A stretch of DNA of 64,000 nucleotides from Alloascoidea hylecoeti (taxonomy: Eukaryota): NCBI GenBank assembly GCA_001600815.1, contig BCKZ01000023.1, forward strand, positions 248,001 to 312,000, read 5' to 3'. The notes under the pieces were generated by a model. It was given only the letters and a program-made list of their open reading frames with translations. It made no database searches and was not told where the DNA came from. The translations under genes and the position numbers were made by a program. Below are positions 61,372 to 64,000 of the stretch, in pieces (the stretch's first letter is position 1; every line of letters begins with the position of its first letter).

Positions 61372-62203
61372 GATCATATATAACTTACGATTATGAACTG
61401 TTATGGGGATGGTGCCACCAAACTTGTTTATACACCCCAAAACAAGTGTAAGTCAATCACCACCAACATCACCAAAAAAATATGAATTTCACTATATGCT
61501 TATATTTTGTATAGATAAATTATTTATCATAATATATTCTTCTGACAAGTTTTTATGCGTTTCTTTCTTTCCAAAGTTGGAAATTTTCCTATTTTTGATT
61601 GTATTTATCTGGAGTGCGATAAGTTTTCCTCTTTCCATGCCATCACTAACTGTTGGGTTTTCATTGAGCATTTTTTGCCTTTCCTTTTCTACCATTATTT
61701 AGTTGTTTCAATCTGTTTTTAAGGAGCTCCAGGTGTTTAAGCGTGGAAATTGAACCGTTTGATGATCACTCATTGAGAATTTTCCATATAGCATCATATG
61801 TCTTAGGATATTGTCGAGGTTTGGCCACTTTTGTCACCAAAAGAGGTATTTTTCAAAAAAATTCTATCCTTTAATCTTATTAGAAAACACTTCAGAGTTC
61901 CTCATCAAGCTCAAGCAGGTTGTTCTTTGGTGGTGATGTATAAATATTATATCTTCTGGATGTTGCTATCGTTGGTGGCTGTGTGACAGTGAAAAAGAAA
62001 ACGTACCAGACAAGAGGCACAATCGCCATGGTCTAAATACGTTTAGTGGTAATACCTTTACCTTATATATTACATTCTTCAATAATACCCATATGTTTAT
62101 CGGAGAAGAAAATCGACTTTGCATAAAATTATAACCCCATATGTACAAATATTAACTTAGAGACAATTGCATCTTAAAGAAAAAATGAAAAAAGAGGAAA
62201 TAG

Positions 62204-64000
62204 TCACCACCTGCCGAATCCTTCTGTTTCTTGAACAGCCAATTCTAGTTTATCGCATAATTCTTTATAACTTGAATATGAAGGCAAAACTAGTGTATTA
62301 AAACAAACATGACTTCTTGGAAGTTCTCGTACTTTTGAAGTTTTTTGTATAGTAAATTTATGATGTCCTTTACCAGCCGGTAAGTCTTTAAATCCAGTAA
62401 CAGGCAAACGAGTACTGCCAGTGGTAAATTGTAATACTTTAGCCCTTTGTTCCATATTCCATGATTCCATACACATCCAAAACCATCTATAGACATCATC
62501 TGTTTCTTTATACTTATATAATATAGTATTCTCCTTCCAATCAATAATATCTATTTCCGCAGTACCACATATGATATATTCTAATTGTGGTCCGTTTACA
62601 CTATTAAGTGCGCTCTCTGGAATGACTTCATGAAACCCTTTAAGAAGTTGTTTAGTAAAGTTATGACATATTTTAGTTAATTTCCATTCAGTCATTAATT
62701 CAACATATAGATCTTTATTTTTGTTTGTGACTAGAACATTACGACCATTATCAATCAAATCAATTATTTTTGATTTTCCTGATTTCATTTTATCAACTGA
62801 AAAATTCAATTCCAGGTCTTCAACATCATCATTGTTTAAAATATACATCAAACTATTATAAAATTGAATATCATTTATTTTTAAATCGCTAATAGAAACA
62901 GGAGCACCAGCCAATTGTTTATAAAGAGATTCAACAAATGAAACATTTAAATAGTTATGATGAAACATACATAATCCAATTATTCTACCAACAAATCTAA
63001 AATGTGAAAGTCTATCAATTTCAGTAAATTTATTACCTGGATCTGGATTAATTTGTAATCTATAATTTTCACTTGATGCATATTCAAATAATCCAAAATC
63101 TGGATTAAATATAACTTGTGATATAGAATGGAAAAAATCTTTTGAAACACCACCAATATCAACACCGTTTTCACCTGCAAATGTTAGTTGTAATTTTCGT
63201 TTTCGTAGTTTTTTAGGTGGTAATGACATAAGACTAGCATATGAAGTTTCAAATATTTGATCTCTTGATACATCTATTACACAACGACCTCTAGGGAATT
63301 TTAAAATTTTCTGAGATCGAAATATTTTTTCATTTGATGTAAAGTCTTCTTTATCAGCATCAGCAATGGCAGAAATATGTAATTTTGATTGACTTTCTCT
63401 TGGTTCGATGAATTCATGATCTTCAGAACGAATTATTTGTGGAGTTGAAGATCTGTTTTGACTTGATTGAGAGGCTAGGGATTCTGGTTGTGATTGTGAT
63501 TGTGACTGTGATTGTGATTGTGGTAATGAAGATCCAGCTGTTGCATATGAGGACTCTTCTGAATCATTTCTAAGAGGTATGATTTCACTGGAGGTACTAT
63601 TAGAATTGTTTAGTGATTCAAAAGGATTCATAAAGTTCGAGTCAATTGAGGATGAAAGAGATATGTTAAATTCTGTATCATTTACTGAATGTTGATTCTC
63701 ATTCGAAGAATCTAAACTTGTAGTATGATTTGTTATTGAAATAGGTGGTTGATTATCCACTAATGTACCATCTATAGTAGATTTGCTTTTAATATAGATT
63801 GTTATCCCTCCTGATACTTTTGTACCCTTAATAATTGGTTTTAAATATTCTTGTAATGTTACTGTCCACAAAAAAAAAAAGTGATTGTTAGAATTGTTTT
63901 AAGAAGTAAGAATGGGTTGATAAACAAAGCCTTACATTCATTATCATGGTTCATTTCTAACATGACTGCGATGGTATCTGGTAAAGATATCCCCCCCAAA
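62204..64000 (-). CDS. Nedd4/Rsp5-like C2-HECT ubiquitin ligase, 5'-partial; intron 63935-63862
   Basis: HECT (F.GE.G.D.GGV.K..F, LQFTTGSTRLP..GF, PRSHVCFNTL); spliced LGGISL...L.TLQEYLK...VSGGITI resembles the end of the Rsp5 C2 domain. Confidence 0.8.

Noticed and set aside
61403..62150. Short ORFs between UBA4 and the HECT gene
   Set aside because: Possibly a decayed gene, but multiple stops and no recognisable family

Overview
AT-rich, intron-containing budding-yeast (Saccharomycotina) nuclear DNA using the standard code: a tRNA-Leu(CAG) is present and CTG falls at conserved Leu positions. A velvet gene suggests an early-diverging lineage. Core genes, in order: PKC1, SRO7-like, SGT2-like TPR, MIX23, BNA2, FNT transporter, EAF6, ARP4-like, SKT5-like, DOT5, ECM1 (missed by the ORF track), PUB1, CNE1, MPR1-like, diaminopropionate ammonia-lyase, RME1, FMO, ZRT, velB, ESF1, UBA4 and a partial C2-HECT ligase. 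There are two highlights. (1) A ~4.7 kb accessory island (21.2-25.9 kb) directly upstream of tRNA-Leu(CAG) holds decayed copies of two different cytoplasmic killer-plasmid (VLE) anticodon-nuclease immunity genes (PaT-type and zymocin ORF3-type). They are embedded in copia, LINE and possibly gypsy debris, with a perfect 70-bp hairpin over a gag start. (2) An unannotated ~850-nt highly base-paired element (51.5-52.35 kb) is a candidate large ncRNA, possibly telomerase RNA. All homology calls come from recalled family motifs and sequences, not from searches.
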